The notes under the pieces are model-generated. The model saw only the letters and a list, made by a program, of their open reading frames with translations. It was not told the origin of the DNA and did no database searches. From Octopus sinensis (taxonomy: Eukaryota): DNA of 64,000 nt. The DNA lies in the NCBI RefSeq assembly GCF_006345805.1, contig NC_043003.1:57226001-57290000 (forward strand), written 5' to 3'. A program made the position numbers and the translations under genes. This document shows, in pieces, positions 40,238 to 53,674 of the stretch (position 1 is the first letter of the stretch; every line of letters starts with the position of its first letter).

Positions 40238-40687
40238 CTTAAAGCGGTGAGCTGGTGAAACCTTTAGAGCGCTGGGAAAAATGCTTAGAGGCATTTCGTC
40301 CGTCTTTTATGGCTTGTGTTCAAATCCCGTCGAGGGTGCCTGCAACTTCCATCTTTCTAGAGTGATAAAATAATTACCAATTGCGTACACAGACCGATTT
40401 ACTCAATGTACCTCAACGCACACCGAGCTGACAGGCTTTGTGCCAAAATTTGAAATCGATATAAAACTGTACTTAAAGCGATGAGCTGACAGGATCGTTA
40501 AGCACGTGGGTCAAAATTCTTAGCGGCATTTTAGCTGTCTTTACGTTTTGTGTTCAAAGGCCATCGAGGCTGTCTTTATATTTCGGAGTCGATGAAGTAA
40601 GTACCAGCTAAGCACTATAATCGACTTACCCCTCCAGCGAAATTGCTGGCCGTGAGCAAAATTTGAAAGCAGTGTAAAACTGTACTT
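40238..40687 (+). mobile_element. Tandem dimer of SINE family C (period about 234 bp)
   Basis: CTTAAAGCG(G/A)TGAGCTG starts at 40238 and 40472. Both units end with AAAATTTGAAA...TAAAACTGTACTT. Confidence 0.75.
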
Positions 40688-40848
40688 CCTCTTTATATTC
40701 TACATCACCAGATAGATATGTGTTTCTGCGTGTGTATGTGTGTATTCGCATGTGTGTATGGGTGTATATAGTTGTTTGTTTGTGTGTGTCGAGAGGTTAG
40801 GAGAGAAACACTTATATACGCACGCACATGTGTGTGTGAGTGTGTGTG

Positions 40849-40869
<21 letters not shown>

Positions 40870-40879
<10 letters not shown>

Positions 40880-41050
40880 TTGTGTGTGCGACTGGCTTCC
40901 ACATAGTTTCCGTCTGCCATATTCCCTTACAAAACATTAACCAATCCCGGGCTATATTGGAAAATACTAGCGCAAGGTGCTCTGCAATGAGAGTGAATCC
41001 CAAATCCACATGGTAGCGAAGTACGAACATCCTCACCATACAACTACGTT
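40870..41050 (-). mobile_element. Diverged SINE family A-like 5' half
   Basis: GTTTCCGTCTGCC...GGGCTATA...CAAGGTGC...CCACATGG. Confidence 0.6.
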
Positions 41051-41151
41051 CTCGCCTCTTTGTTTGTGTGTGTGTATGTAAATATATACACACATACACA
41101 CACACACACACACATATATACATATATATAGATATATATAGATATATATAT

Positions 41152-41204
<53 letters not shown>

Positions 41205-41210
41205 TATATA

Positions 41211-41371
41211 AGCGGGACCAGCCATCTGAATGTGGCTAGGGACAGGGCGGGGTGGGGGGGGTGTTACTGATGCATTTGCCCCAGGGACTATAGACGCCTG
41301 GGGCTAAATGCATCAGTAACACCCCCACCACCCCGCCCTGTCCCTAGCCACATCAGATGGCTGGTCCGCTT
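41211..41371. repeat. GC-rich inverted repeat (about 75-bp arms, 11-nt loop) with a G-quadruplex motif
   Basis: AGCGGGACCAGCCATC pairs with GATGGCTGGTCCGCT; loop GACTATAGACG at 41286-41296; GGG-ACA-GGG-C-GGGG-T-GGGGGGGG at 41239-41261. Confidence 0.9.
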
Positions 41372-41543
41372 TATTACAGAGCAGTTACTGTTTATACCTC
41401 GCTTAGAGATTTATTATATATATATATATATATGATATTAATAAATATATATATATAAGATATATATATATATAATGTATACACATATAGATATATAGAT
41501 ACATACATACATACATAAAATATATAGGTATATAGATTTATAT

Positions 41544-41582
<39 letters not shown>

Positions 41583-43481
41583 ACATGTATATATGTATAT
41601 ATATATATGTGTGTGTGTATGTGTATATGTAAACATACATAAATACGTATACATGTTTTTGTATATATTTATATATACCACATACATACATACATACATA
41701 CATACATACATACATACATACATACATACATACATACATACATACATACATACATGGAAATATATCCCTGTTTACTGTCTTTGATCATTGCAAGTGAATC
41801 TCCCAAAAAATGATTGAAGTTAGTTCACATTCTGTGGAAGTAATTATGATCAACGTAGAAATCGTTTGATACTTGACTGCCTCAGAAAATGACGGTTGTT
41901 CTAAAGTTTGGGCGATCATAAACTTTGCAATATTGTCATTCTGCCTTAGGCTACCTCTTGCATCTCCAAGAAAGGGGCATCGCAATATGTTATTTAATAG
42001 AATATCATAAAACCATCAATTGAGTTATTTCAGCAATGTGCGTGAATATATATTATGATGAACTAACCAACGAAGAAACCTCTGTGTATTCAAGCGAACT
42101 ATAAGAAATAGTAGCCATGCCTCCCACAAATCCTAGTCTAACATCTTAAAATCTGAAGGTCACATTAGATAGTATATTCGGGAAAATTAGACGAGCGATT
42201 CGTGATTGAAGAACTTTTCCTGTCATGGATTTATTTGTATGGCATCCACAGAACTGCTGAAAAAATAGTCATACCACCCGCAATTCATTCTCTAAAATCT
42301 TAAAATGTGAAGTTCAGACTAAATAGAAGAATTTGAATATTAGATAAACTGCTGGTGACTGAAGGACTTTTTTGGCCTTGACCCTAATTGTTTAGGGACA
42401 ACTTGGAGCAGAATAACAAAAAAAAGAAATCGAAACATCTACAACAAAAATATTGCTTGGTGAAGGAATTTGAAACTCGGCCCAACTTCTAAACACAAAA
42501 TTACTTATGATGTATGTTTAAATATATTTAGAGTTTTGACTTTCTAGTAAAACAATTCTGATAAATTTATGATAACAACTTTTTCTGCTCCATTGAAGTA
42601 CACTCGCCCCAAACTATCTTCTTGTTGTTCGTCATACTAACTGCTTCTCATCACTACCATCTCCACAGAACAGTAACAGTAAGACGTCTTTCATCTAATT
42701 ATTGCATGGCATTCCTTATTTACCGTTGCTAAAACAAGTTCCACATCAACAGACATTTTATCCTCCATCTCTTCCTCCTACGGCTGATGTAATATCCTCT
42801 ATCTGTTTCGGTGATGAGCATTCAGTTAGTTCGATTGATTCAAATGACTACCTGTTAAATAACCATATCTGTGGCTGCGTATTCCACAGATACGTGTACC
42901 ATTGAAGTACTTCCCTGACTGAGACAGTGTAACGTAACATGTGACAAGGTTGAACATCTGAATAACCGATACACTTATCACACGCTCTGCTCCATAATTT
43001 CTCTCGAAAGAATTTCACTCACAACGTTTTAGACTTGTCCAAAATGCATGCACTTGGATTGAACCTGGGATCTTGTGTAGCCGAACTCAGATTTCTTGAC
43101 CATTCGGCTCTATCACATTTGTATCTCACAAGCTTTTATATTCCAGTACTATAAGGTCTTCTACATTCTAAGATCAGTCAGCATTGTTTGGTCAACGAAC
43201 TACGTAGCATCCTCTCGTTTTTTTTTTCACTCATTCCTTCTGTGCAGCCCTTATTAAATCAATTTCCCGATTGATCATGCTACTTCTCAAACCACTGCTA
43301 TATTTTTTATGCACTTACATGACCCCTACAGACACACATCCGTAAAATGGTCCCTCTGAGCATCAGACGCATGCAGATCATCAATAGATTACGATTATCT
43401 TCACAGAATTATTAAGGGAACACGGAGTTATGATCGTTCTTCTTTTCTAAATTAATCTCTTCATAATCGCTTTAAAATGCA

Positions 43482-43873
43482 TACTTTACTTTCACTTACT
43501 TGTTTCAGTCATTTGACTGCGGCCATGCTGGAGCAACGCCTTTAGTCGAGCAAATCGACACCAGGACTTATTCTTTGTAAGCCTAGTACTTATTCTATCG
43601 GTCGCTTTTGGCGAACCGCTAAGTTACGGGGACGTAAACACACCAGCATCAGTTCTCAAGCGATGTTGGGATGACAAACACAGACACACACACATATATA
43701 TACATATATACGATGGGGTTCTTTCGGTTTCCGTCTATCAATACCACTCACAAGGCTTTGATCGGCCCGAGGCTATAGTAGGAGGCACTTGCCGAAAGTA
43801 CCACGCAGTGGGACTGAAGCCGGAACCATGTGGTTGGTAAGCAAGCTACTTACCACACACCCACTCCTGCGCC
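43482..43873 (-). mobile_element. SINE family A, full length
   Basis: Collinear reverse complement of 29637-30038. Confidence 0.92.
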
Positions 43874-44490
43874 TATATTTCATTTTTTAATAGAATTTGA
43901 CAGAAATACGTTTTTGTAAGTGTAGATTAGTGCTCCACAACCAGTATACCGCATCACAGTGGTGTCCCACGAGATAATGCTGGGTGTGCCGCAGTGTAAC
44001 CTGAATATAAATCTTTTCCCTATACTTTTTGAAAAGAATGTAAGTATAACACAATTGAAAATAGGTTGCGGAGCACTGTTGGGGTTGAAGGTTGATCCAG
44101 AACTCATCATCTAAATGTGTTTCTACATTTTAACTGCATAATCATAATATATACGTTTGTGTGCGTACATGTATGCATATTATATACAGGAGTACATGAA
44201 GGATATGAGTAAGCAGTAAATATTTATAAATTCTTGAATTATGGGACAATATTCGTTATCCTTTTAACGTATATTTGATTTAATAACTAGACTGCGGCCA
44301 TGATGAGGTACACCTTGAAGAATTTTCATCGAACGAATTCACCCCAGAACAGTTTTTAATCTTTGTACTCATTCAATCGGTCTCTTTTGCCGGACTTCTA
44401 AGTTACTGGGACAAGAAAACACCAACACCGGTTATCCAGATAATACAAATACACACACACACACACCACACACATATATATATATAATAT

Positions 44491-44524
<34 letters not shown>

Positions 44525-44917
44525 GGCAAGGAAAAGTAAAAAAAGGCAGAATGCTAAATTGAAGGTAAATTTTAATGAAAATGAGTGTGTGGAAAATTTA
44601 AACAATTTTTTTTTAAATATATGTATTAATTCAACCCGGTTTTCGTCGCAATGCAACTTTTCAAGAATTGTAAGGTGAAAAGAAATTTTTTTTATAATTG
44701 AGGAGGGGGAAAAAATTTACATTGTTTTTTGCAAAAAAATTATAAGCATACAAAAATTTTTTAAAAAGTACACTGATACATACATATATATATATATGTA
44801 ACAGCCTACTTATAAAGGTAGAGATTCCATGTTTTGGTGATATGATTTTGTATCACATAGATAAATAAATAAATGGAAATAAATGGTGTTAAACACAGCT
44901 GTTATTCAAATTTTATA

Positions 44918-45005
44918 CTTCCGACATATGTTTCGAATAAAACATTGGTATTATTCCAGAAGGAATAAGACGATGGAAAACAAGGCAATCTTTTCATCAA
45001 AGAAA
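44918..45005 (-). ncRNA. Degenerate hammerhead motif with long stem II
   Basis: Minus strand reads TTTCT-TTGATGA-[AAAGATTG...TTATTCC TTCT GGAATAA...CAATGTTTT]-ATTC-GAAA-C-ATAT-GTC-GGAAG. C3 is mutated to T. Confidence 0.45.
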
Positions 45006-45651
45006 GCGAAAGAAAACACATAAGATATTTTAACCGAATGTGATTGCTGCATATATATTGAAGGGAACGCTGGTACGTTATTTTTTAAAGAAAAACGTTA
45101 ATATATATATCGTCAGAGGCAATTTATAGAAAGAGAAGGAGGAGGAAGAAAGAAATTCGCAGTAAATTGAAAGTGGAGAAATATAGAGGGATAGGTGGAT
45201 AAGAATAAAGGTTAGAGGCATGGAAATAAATATATTTAGTGGGAGTGAAATGTAAGAAGACAGTTAAAGGTCGAATTTTACAGATTGGTAGAAATCACTT
45301 ATATGAACTATGTGCGCGAGACGGTAATCTCGCATGAAGATTACCAGCGCATGACCTTGCAAGTGGAGCCCAAGTGGAGCCATAATTTTCCTCGAGTCGA
45401 ATAGCCCAACCTGCTCAAGGTTCCTGAATAAGGGTTGTTTCAAGATTCTGACCGAAACACCCACGTTTCGAAAGGTGAATTATCCAAACTCCAAAGAATT
45501 CCTGTCAACACATGGCTATGCTGCTACCCAACTACTTCTGCTCATGATCATAGATGCACATATCGTCAGCCACTAAGGGACATGCTCAAGTTGTTATGGT
45601 CAAACAATTGACAAGCAATCTCGGTATGAAAGAATATGTCTGGCTTGAACA

Positions 45652-45672
45652 TATATTATTATTATTATGATT

Positions 45673-45706
<34 letters not shown>

Positions 45707-45713
45707 TATTATA

Positions 45714-45750
<37 letters not shown>

Positions 45751-45761
45751 TATTATTATTA

Positions 45762-45802
<41 letters not shown>

Positions 45803-46090
45803 TATTATTATTATGTATTATTATTATAATTATTATTATTATTATTATTATTATCATTATATTGTCTTTGCCACAGCTTATAACACTGGAGATGTACTAC
45901 GGTGTCATTGTTCATTACCAGTAAACTTAGGTAAACGACTTATTTTTCGAGCACCATCCGAGTATTCCATCTGTTGAAGCCGTGCTGTTTCTGCAGTGCT
46001 CCACCTTTAATACTATTATTATTATTATTATTATATTATTATCTTATTATTATTATTATTGTTGTATTATTATTATTATTATTATTACTT
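45652..46090. repeat. (TTA)n microsatellite split by a retroelement stub
   Basis: (TTA)n at 45652-45860 and 46011-46090. Confidence 0.95.
45862..46008 (-). mobile_element. Extremely 5'-truncated 3' stub of a second R4/Dong-like family
   Basis: Minus strand reads through indels as LQK...GIL.MVLEK* (cf. LQKTALLGTARILRKVL), stop at 45940-45942, then a short 3' UTR ending in TAA repeats. Confidence 0.55.
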
Positions 46091-49000
46091 TTTTTCTTCT
46101 TTCAAATTGCGTCCATTTCTTGCCGAGTGTCTTCCCGACTCCTAGGGCAAAGAAACCCATAGTATACATTGGTAGGCCATTAAACCAAACTCAATAGTTC
46201 GTTCATTTTTTTTTTTTTATTAAGTTAAATTAAAATACATGAGCAGCAACAGTTCTCACATCGACAATGCTCTTCTCAATACGTGTGATGTACCAGTTAA
46301 GACAATCTTTTGCACTTCTTGCAGGGATGGTAAGCCAGGGATCATTCTCATATAATTTCGGTTCCCTTCTTGATCATTCCTAGTGCTCCTACGATCACTG
46401 GTATTGTAACCGCCTTGAGATGCCACATTTTCTCAATTTCAATGAGTAGGTCTTTATATTTTCTGAGCTTGTCAAACTCTTTCGCTGAGATATTATGATC
46501 ACAGGGGATGCTCATGTCGATCAATAAGCAAACTTATTGTTTTGGTCTTTCACACAATATCTGGTTTATTGGCCTTGATGGTTCGGTCTGTATGTATTGG
46601 AAAGTCCCACAAAATGGTTACATTTTTCTTCAGTTACAGCCTCAGGGTGGTGATTATACCACTTGTCGGCAGTTTTGATATTGTAATGCCGACTTATTAG
46701 CCAGTGTAGATATTGGCCAACTCTGTCATGTCTTAATTTATACTCCACTGGAGCTAAGACTTTACATCCAGAGATTAGGTGGTCCACTGTTTCAATCATG
46801 TCGTTGCAGAATCGGCATTTTGGGTCTGCTCCATTTTTCATCACATTGGCCTTGTAGTTCCGGTTAATAGGCTTTGATCTTGAGCAGCCAGGATGAAACC
46901 TTCGCTCTCTGCTTTTAGCCCTGAGCTCCGTAGCCACTGATGGGTTTGCTTCTGGTCAACATCAGCTTGTTTGCTGCGGGTCACATATTTGCCGTGCAGA
47001 GGTTTCTCCTCCCACCTATCAGCCAATTGCTCGTGCGCTTTTTTCGTTGCCATTATTTTCACCTTCTTTGCAACAATAATTGCCGTACTTCCCTCGGGTT
47101 GTTTGTTTGGGTATCCTGCCGACGAGATCAATAGCAAATTTTTTGATTTCTTTATGATAGAATGAAGCTTCTTTCGTCTCTCGTGATTTTCCACGAGCTT
47201 TAGCATCCAGTCATTCGATATTTCGAGATATTTGGCCAGTCCAATTGTGGTTGTTTTGTAAGCTAGTTCAAATTGGATCAGGCCTCGACTCCTTGGGCTC
47301 TGGAAGGTAAAGGCGATCTACGTCTGCCTTTGGGTGGGCATCCTATTACAACTCAGCAGCTTGCGTATTTTCCTATCTATATTTTTTACTTCACTCATAT
47401 TCTAGTTCAACACATTGTAGCTATAAGTAACAACTGGAACTGCTAAGGAATTATAGCTAACACCTTGTTACGTGCATTTAGTTCAGATTTCAGGACTGCA
47501 CGAACTCTCCTATAACATTCCTTCCTGATCTTGTCTTTCATGCTTGCATGCTGAATACCAGAGCCTTCATTTATCCCTAAATATTTGTTGTTTGTTCTTG
47601 CTCAAGCTCTCTTATGACTGTGTCAACATCTAACACGACTGAATTTGTGGTCTTCACTTTCCCTTTCTGGAAAGTGGCCTTGGCACACTTCTCAAGTCCA
47701 AACTCCATCCCGATGTCATCGCTGAATGCTTTCACAGTGCGCAATAGGCCTTCAAGTTCATTATTGTCTTTACCATAAAGTTTTAAGTCATCCATATAAA
47801 ATAGATGGCTTATTTTTTTATTGGCAATTTTATATCCATACCCTGTTCTGTTTAATTCACTTGTAAGGGGTATTAGGGCTATGCAGAATATTAAAGGTGA
47901 AAGTGAGTCACCTTGAAAAATTCCACAGTTGATGTTTATATTTTCTGAGGCAAGTGCTCCATTAGAGTGGTATAATTGGAGATTCGTATTCCACAACGAC
48001 ATATTGTGCTTCAGGAAGTTTGAAATCACAGGGGAAATTTTGAAGATGTCCAGCGATCTCAAGATCCATGGATGCGGTATACTGTCGAAGGCCTTTTTAT
48101 AGTCAATCCATGCGGTGCTGAGATTTCTGCGCTTGTTGTGACAGTTCTCAAGGATCATACGATTGATTAGCAGTTGATATTTGGATCCGTAAGAGCCTCG
48201 GCGGCACCCTTTTTGCTCAATGGGGAAAATATCGTTCTTTCCATGAATGCATATGTTTTCTCCGCCAGGATAGATGTTAGGATTTTATACGTGGTGGATA
48301 GACAGGTTATAGGCCGATAGTTTTTTGGAAGGTTGGTTTTGTTATTCTTTGGGAGTAGGTAAGTAATGCCACTTGCTAACCATTCAGGTGTTTTCTTTGG
48401 GTCTCTCATAATTCCATTGAGCAGCTGAACTAGCTTACCGTGTGCGCATGGAGCGATGCGAGCCAGAAATTCGGCACCCTATCTTTACCGGGGATTTCCA
48501 ATTATGGGCCTTCGTGAGTGCCTTTCTTAGGTCTGCTATTGTGATGTCTTCCCATGCTTGTTGTTGTAAATTTTGGTAGGATCCTTCAGTTTGTATAATC
48601 CAGTCTGCATTTATGTTGTACGTTTCTTGTCACTCAAATACTTTTCCAAAAGTTTTGAACTTCTTCCATGGGAGGGGGGTCTTTAACGGTTACTTTCTCC
48701 TTCCCTATTTCTCTGTAGAATTTTTTGGCATTGGATGTGAACAGCTTATTTTGCTTGTAAAACTTGTTTCTCTTCTCAATCTTCGTATTCTTTGGGCTTT
48801 TGCTTGGACTTTTTGTTTCAGCGTTTCTTTTATTGATATCAGTTCTTCTCTTGGTGAGGATCCAAAATTTCTCTTCATCTTTCTTCCTGTTCTGGATCTT
48901 ACATCATTTCCACATATTAGTTCATTTAATATTGATATTTCCCCTCTCATAAATTCAATCTCTTTTCAATTTTACTTCTCCAGGTTTGATTTCTTCCCAG

Positions 49001-49990
49001 GTTTGGTTTCTTTGTTTTTTCGGGGGCATACAGCTGGTTTCAATTGCTCTAGCAGAAGCGTAAATAATTTCATTTAACTCAGTAAAATCAGGTTTTAATT
49101 CTCGTATTATTTCATTTGTTACATAGTTGCCAATTTGGATTTGTTTTTTATTTTGGTTTGTATTTGAGAGTTATGAAGTGGTTCTCTATCATTCATACTT
49201 GTATATCTTACAACTTCAAGTGTATCAGGATTTTCTGCCTCATTTCTGCCATAGACTCTCTGTGTTCTTCAGCAAATGCGAGATCTTCAGTTACTGTTGT
49301 TTTTCGTTTTCTGGCTATCTTAACAGGTACAATAGAATTTCTTGTATCTTCAGGCCTTTGCGTACTTTGGTCAGATGGCAGTCTTTCAATTAAGCCTCGT
49401 GGCGGGCTATACTGTTCATCTGATTCTTCATTTCTTTGTCTTATATTTATGCATTTTCCGTTGCGTGCTTGATCGCACTTATTTCAATGTCGTGAGTCTG
49501 TTATTTCTAAGGATATCCCTCCTCACATTTGCTAATTTGTTCTCGTCCAAATAGGGCCTACTGTCTTGATTCCGTGTTCTCCATATACTGTAAGAGTTTG
49601 CGGTGTGTCTCTTGAGATGGCCTACCTAATGCATAGTAATAAGCGTATATTACTTCTTTATACTCTTCTAGGGTCCATTTGTTCCGCTTACATTTTTCTT
49701 TCTGTGGTGGTTGTGGTGGTGAACTTGGAGGGCTCGAGTTGGGGGATTTCCCGTTCAAGTGACCATCCATGTCCGTATTCAGAGAAGAGTTTGTGCCAGT
49801 TGATGACTTTTCGATCCCAGGCTGGCTCTTCCTGGGGGACGCGCTTCCAGATTAACCATAGGACAAGCGATTTGGTATACTGATTTAGTTTTCCTTTTAG
49901 TTTCAAAAACATTTTGGTGCTACGATAATGTTATCATTTTTTAGCTTTGGTTGGCTCGTGGGGAGACGGCCATCAATGCCGTTACAATTA
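46091..49990 (-). mobile_element. Near full-length R4/Dong-clade non-LTR retrotransposon (RT, CCHC knuckle, restriction-like endonuclease), frameshifted
   Basis: KWTLEEYKEVIYAYY; AHNWKSPG; NYRPITCL; WIDYKKAFDS; GIFQGDSLSP; YMDDLKLY; CRFCNDMIETVDHLISGC; ILWDF..HTDRTIKANKPDIV..LIDMSIP; ends LQEVQKIVLTGTSHVLRRALSM* (stop at 46256-46258). The 5' boundary is approximate. Confidence 0.95.
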
Positions 49991-50019
49991 TTCGTACCAT
50001 TATAGCAGCCGTAGTCGGC

Positions 50020-50169
50020 TTATTATGTTATTATCATCATCATTATTATCACTATCATCATTATCACCACCATTATCATCATCATTATCATAATCACATC
50101 ACCATCACCACCATCATCATCAATGATATTGTTTTATGTGTAGTCACAGCAGTATCTTATTTATGGTTA

Positions 50170-50213
<44 letters not shown>

Positions 50214-50420
50214 TATTATATTATTCTTATTTTATTATCATTATCATATCATTATTATTATATTATTATTATATTATTATAATTATTATATTATTATTAT
50301 TATTATATATATATTACTACATTATTATTATTAAATCATTATTATTATTATGATTATTGTAATTATATTATTATTAGTATTAGTATTATTATTATTATTT
50401 TATTAGTATTATTATCATTA
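50020..50420. repeat. (TTA)n/(TCA)n microsatellite flanking the 5' end of the R4 element
   Basis: Directly visible. Confidence 0.95.
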
Positions 50421-50825
50421 TGATACCTTTTGAAGACTGAAAAGGTGCTTAAAGATTCACATCTTTTTGACAAACTACGTACATTATTGAGAAATAACAA
50501 AAAATATGTATAAGAAAAATGATCATTCTAATGAATAAGATTGTTTGTCTTTTGACAAAGGTTGAAGAAGTGCTTAAAATGAACCGTCTTTTTGACAGAA
50601 ACAACATATATTATCGAAAAAGGAAAAAAAAAATAGAATATTTTAATGAATGAGTAATATTGTTTGTCTTAGTAGAATCACAAAAAGTGTCTGGTGTTTC
50701 CTTATTAGTTTTTATAATGCAAATATATGAATATTTCCTATTTCCTATCTCTGTGAGGTCTTTGCTAAAAATATACACTAACAATATGTTCCTGTTGCAT
50801 CTGCGAAATAGTGAACAATAGCTTG

Positions 50826-50864
<39 letters not shown>

Positions 50865-50920
50865 ATGCATATATCCATGGAGAGAGACAGAGATTGAGGT
50901 GTGCACATACACAAACATAT

Positions 50921-50974
<54 letters not shown>

Positions 50975-51126
50975 ATATAAGGGGACTGATTTTGTAGAGA
51001 TAGGCATATACAAGGAAATATATAAATGTATATACAAGTATATACGTATACATGTGTATATATATGCGTGCTTGTGTGTATTATAGATAGATAGATGGAT
51101 AGATAGATACATACATACATACATAT

Positions 51127-51160
<34 letters not shown>

Positions 51161-51518
51161 TCGTACATAAAGTTCAGAAAATGGAAACGAATATATTTGT
51201 AAACAGAGACGATAACAACACTTTGCTTCAGATTTACATATTGCTTCTGTTTAGTTGTTCCATCTATATTTAAACACAATTCAATAGTTGGCACCTTCTG
51301 ATACAAATCTGACCATTCTAAAGCATTGGCATAAATTACCGTAATCTTTCACATTCTGACTTTGGTTTTTGTCTCAATTTCCTGATTGTTTTCGTTGGTT
51401 TGTGCGTCTGTTGTTTTTCATTGGTATCTTATTACATAGCTATTTCAGTTATGGCTTCCAAGATTGTGTTATTGTCATTATATGTATGATACATACTTAT
51501 ATACATACATGCTTATAT

Positions 51519-51549
<31 letters not shown>

Positions 51550-51863
51550 TACGTACACACATACATACATACATAATTATATATACGCACACACAGGAGC
51601 ACATATAAAGATAATGGATATATGCATTATCTATATAAATGTAGGCTTACATATAGATACGTATGTGTTCGTGTGTGTGTTGTGTACGCGCGGGTGTGCG
51701 CGTGTGTACTATGTGTGCGTGTTTGTATGTTTACTTCTATGTGTCGTGTAAGTATCTGTCTATCTAGCAAACTTTAGACAGATATATTGATAGATAGACA
51801 GATAGAGACAGACAGACAGACATAGATAGAAATATAGCATTTATACATAGGCCCTTATGCATG

Positions 51864-51905
<42 letters not shown>

Positions 51906-53532
51906 CATATCCTTTTATTGGTTTCAGGCTCCGGGAGTTGTTAACTAAGATAACTCACCAACACACATGCATATGTATGTATGTATGTAGTATGTATGTA
52001 TTATGTATGTATGTATGTATGTATGTATGTATGTATTTATGTATGTATGTATGTATACATGTATATATGTATGCATGCATGAATGCATGTATATCAATAT
52101 GTATCTTTCTATCTATGTGTATGTGTGCGTGTGTGTGTGTTTGTGTGTCCTTAAGTTTGGTTATATAGAATCGATGGAGTGAGACGGAGACAACGGGACG
52201 CAGAAATACAGGCAGACAGATAGACGAACAGACAGTGAATGAATGGAAATAAAATCGAGGGGAATGAAAAAATGCTATCGGGGTGGGTTGATAGAAAACG
52301 AAGTAATATCAAGACGGTACTTGCTGATCTACAATACCACTCTTCGTAATTTTCATTCCAAACACTCTTAGAGTATGTTTCACTAACTAGTTGAGTCAAT
52401 AACATCTTAAATGATTGCCTGTATTTGTTTTGGCGCTAGTTATTAACAAATATCTACTCACACACACACACACACATAAACAAATATACTTACCAACCCA
52501 GACATAGACACACGCACGCACATTCATACTTGTATGCATACCATCGGTTTCACAGATACACTCACACAGAACAGTAAATGTGTCTCCGGTGGGGTTTTGT
52601 TTCATGTTATCGTGTTAATGTTTGTGTGTAAGTATACAAATGTTATATGTAAATTAATACATGTGTATATAGGGAGATGTGTGAGAGGCTATCCATATTA
52701 ATATGTTTATGATCATGTTTAAGCATACGAAATATTTCGTTACATATATGCGCATATATATATATAGTTAATCCAAACAAGAAAACACAAAAAGCACATA
52801 TATAAATATATACACATAGATATACATACACACACATATATATATATATATATGAACACATGCACACGTGTATATACATATATACATACATGTACCACAA
52901 ATGTAAATACAAGTATGTATATAATTACATATATATATATATATATATACATGCCCACATATGCACTCATATTCATACATACATGCTTGCATACATACAT
53001 ACAGACACATACATACATATATACATACATGCATACATATATACATACACTCATCCATGCTTATGTACATATACATGCTTACATTCGTAAGAGCATACAG
53101 AGATACATAGACAAACCACGGAGCCAGACAGATAGACATTTCGTACAAAGTGTTTACTTGCACGCAATACAATGAACGCAACGGAGTGAAAGATTGATTC
53201 GGATTTGCACGCGACTCAGCATTATAGATCTGCGTGATCAGCGCCACCACGAAGCAGTAAACAGATTTTGTATTAGACATTTAGGGTGAGGAGAGGAGAT
53301 GAAGGGTGAGATAATCTGGCAAGCGCATTGGCTACATACTGTAATCAACTTGTAGTGTTCAGATTTGCTGGTTTATTGAGGAAAAGATTGTGAGTATCTT
53401 GGGGTATTTTATACATTTGTAGTTACATATATATATATAATGCAGTTATTGACTACCAGCAGTTAGTTGTGCACTTGCTTTCCGGGATAGATGATACCTC
53501 TACCGCTGCTACTGTTAATAATAATCATGGTT

Positions 53533-53565
<33 letters not shown>

Positions 53566-53674
53566 TGACGGGGGAAGATGGCGTTCAAAGTGTTGATGGA
53601 GTGGTGGAGGAAAAGAAGCCGGAGTAGAACAACGATAATGATGATGGTGATGATTATATATGTATGTATATATA

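Noticed and set aside
45250-45640. Non-microsatellite segment resembling a recalled Octopus interspersed repeat
   Set aside because: No second copy in the window and no coding motif, so its class cannot be supported from this sequence.
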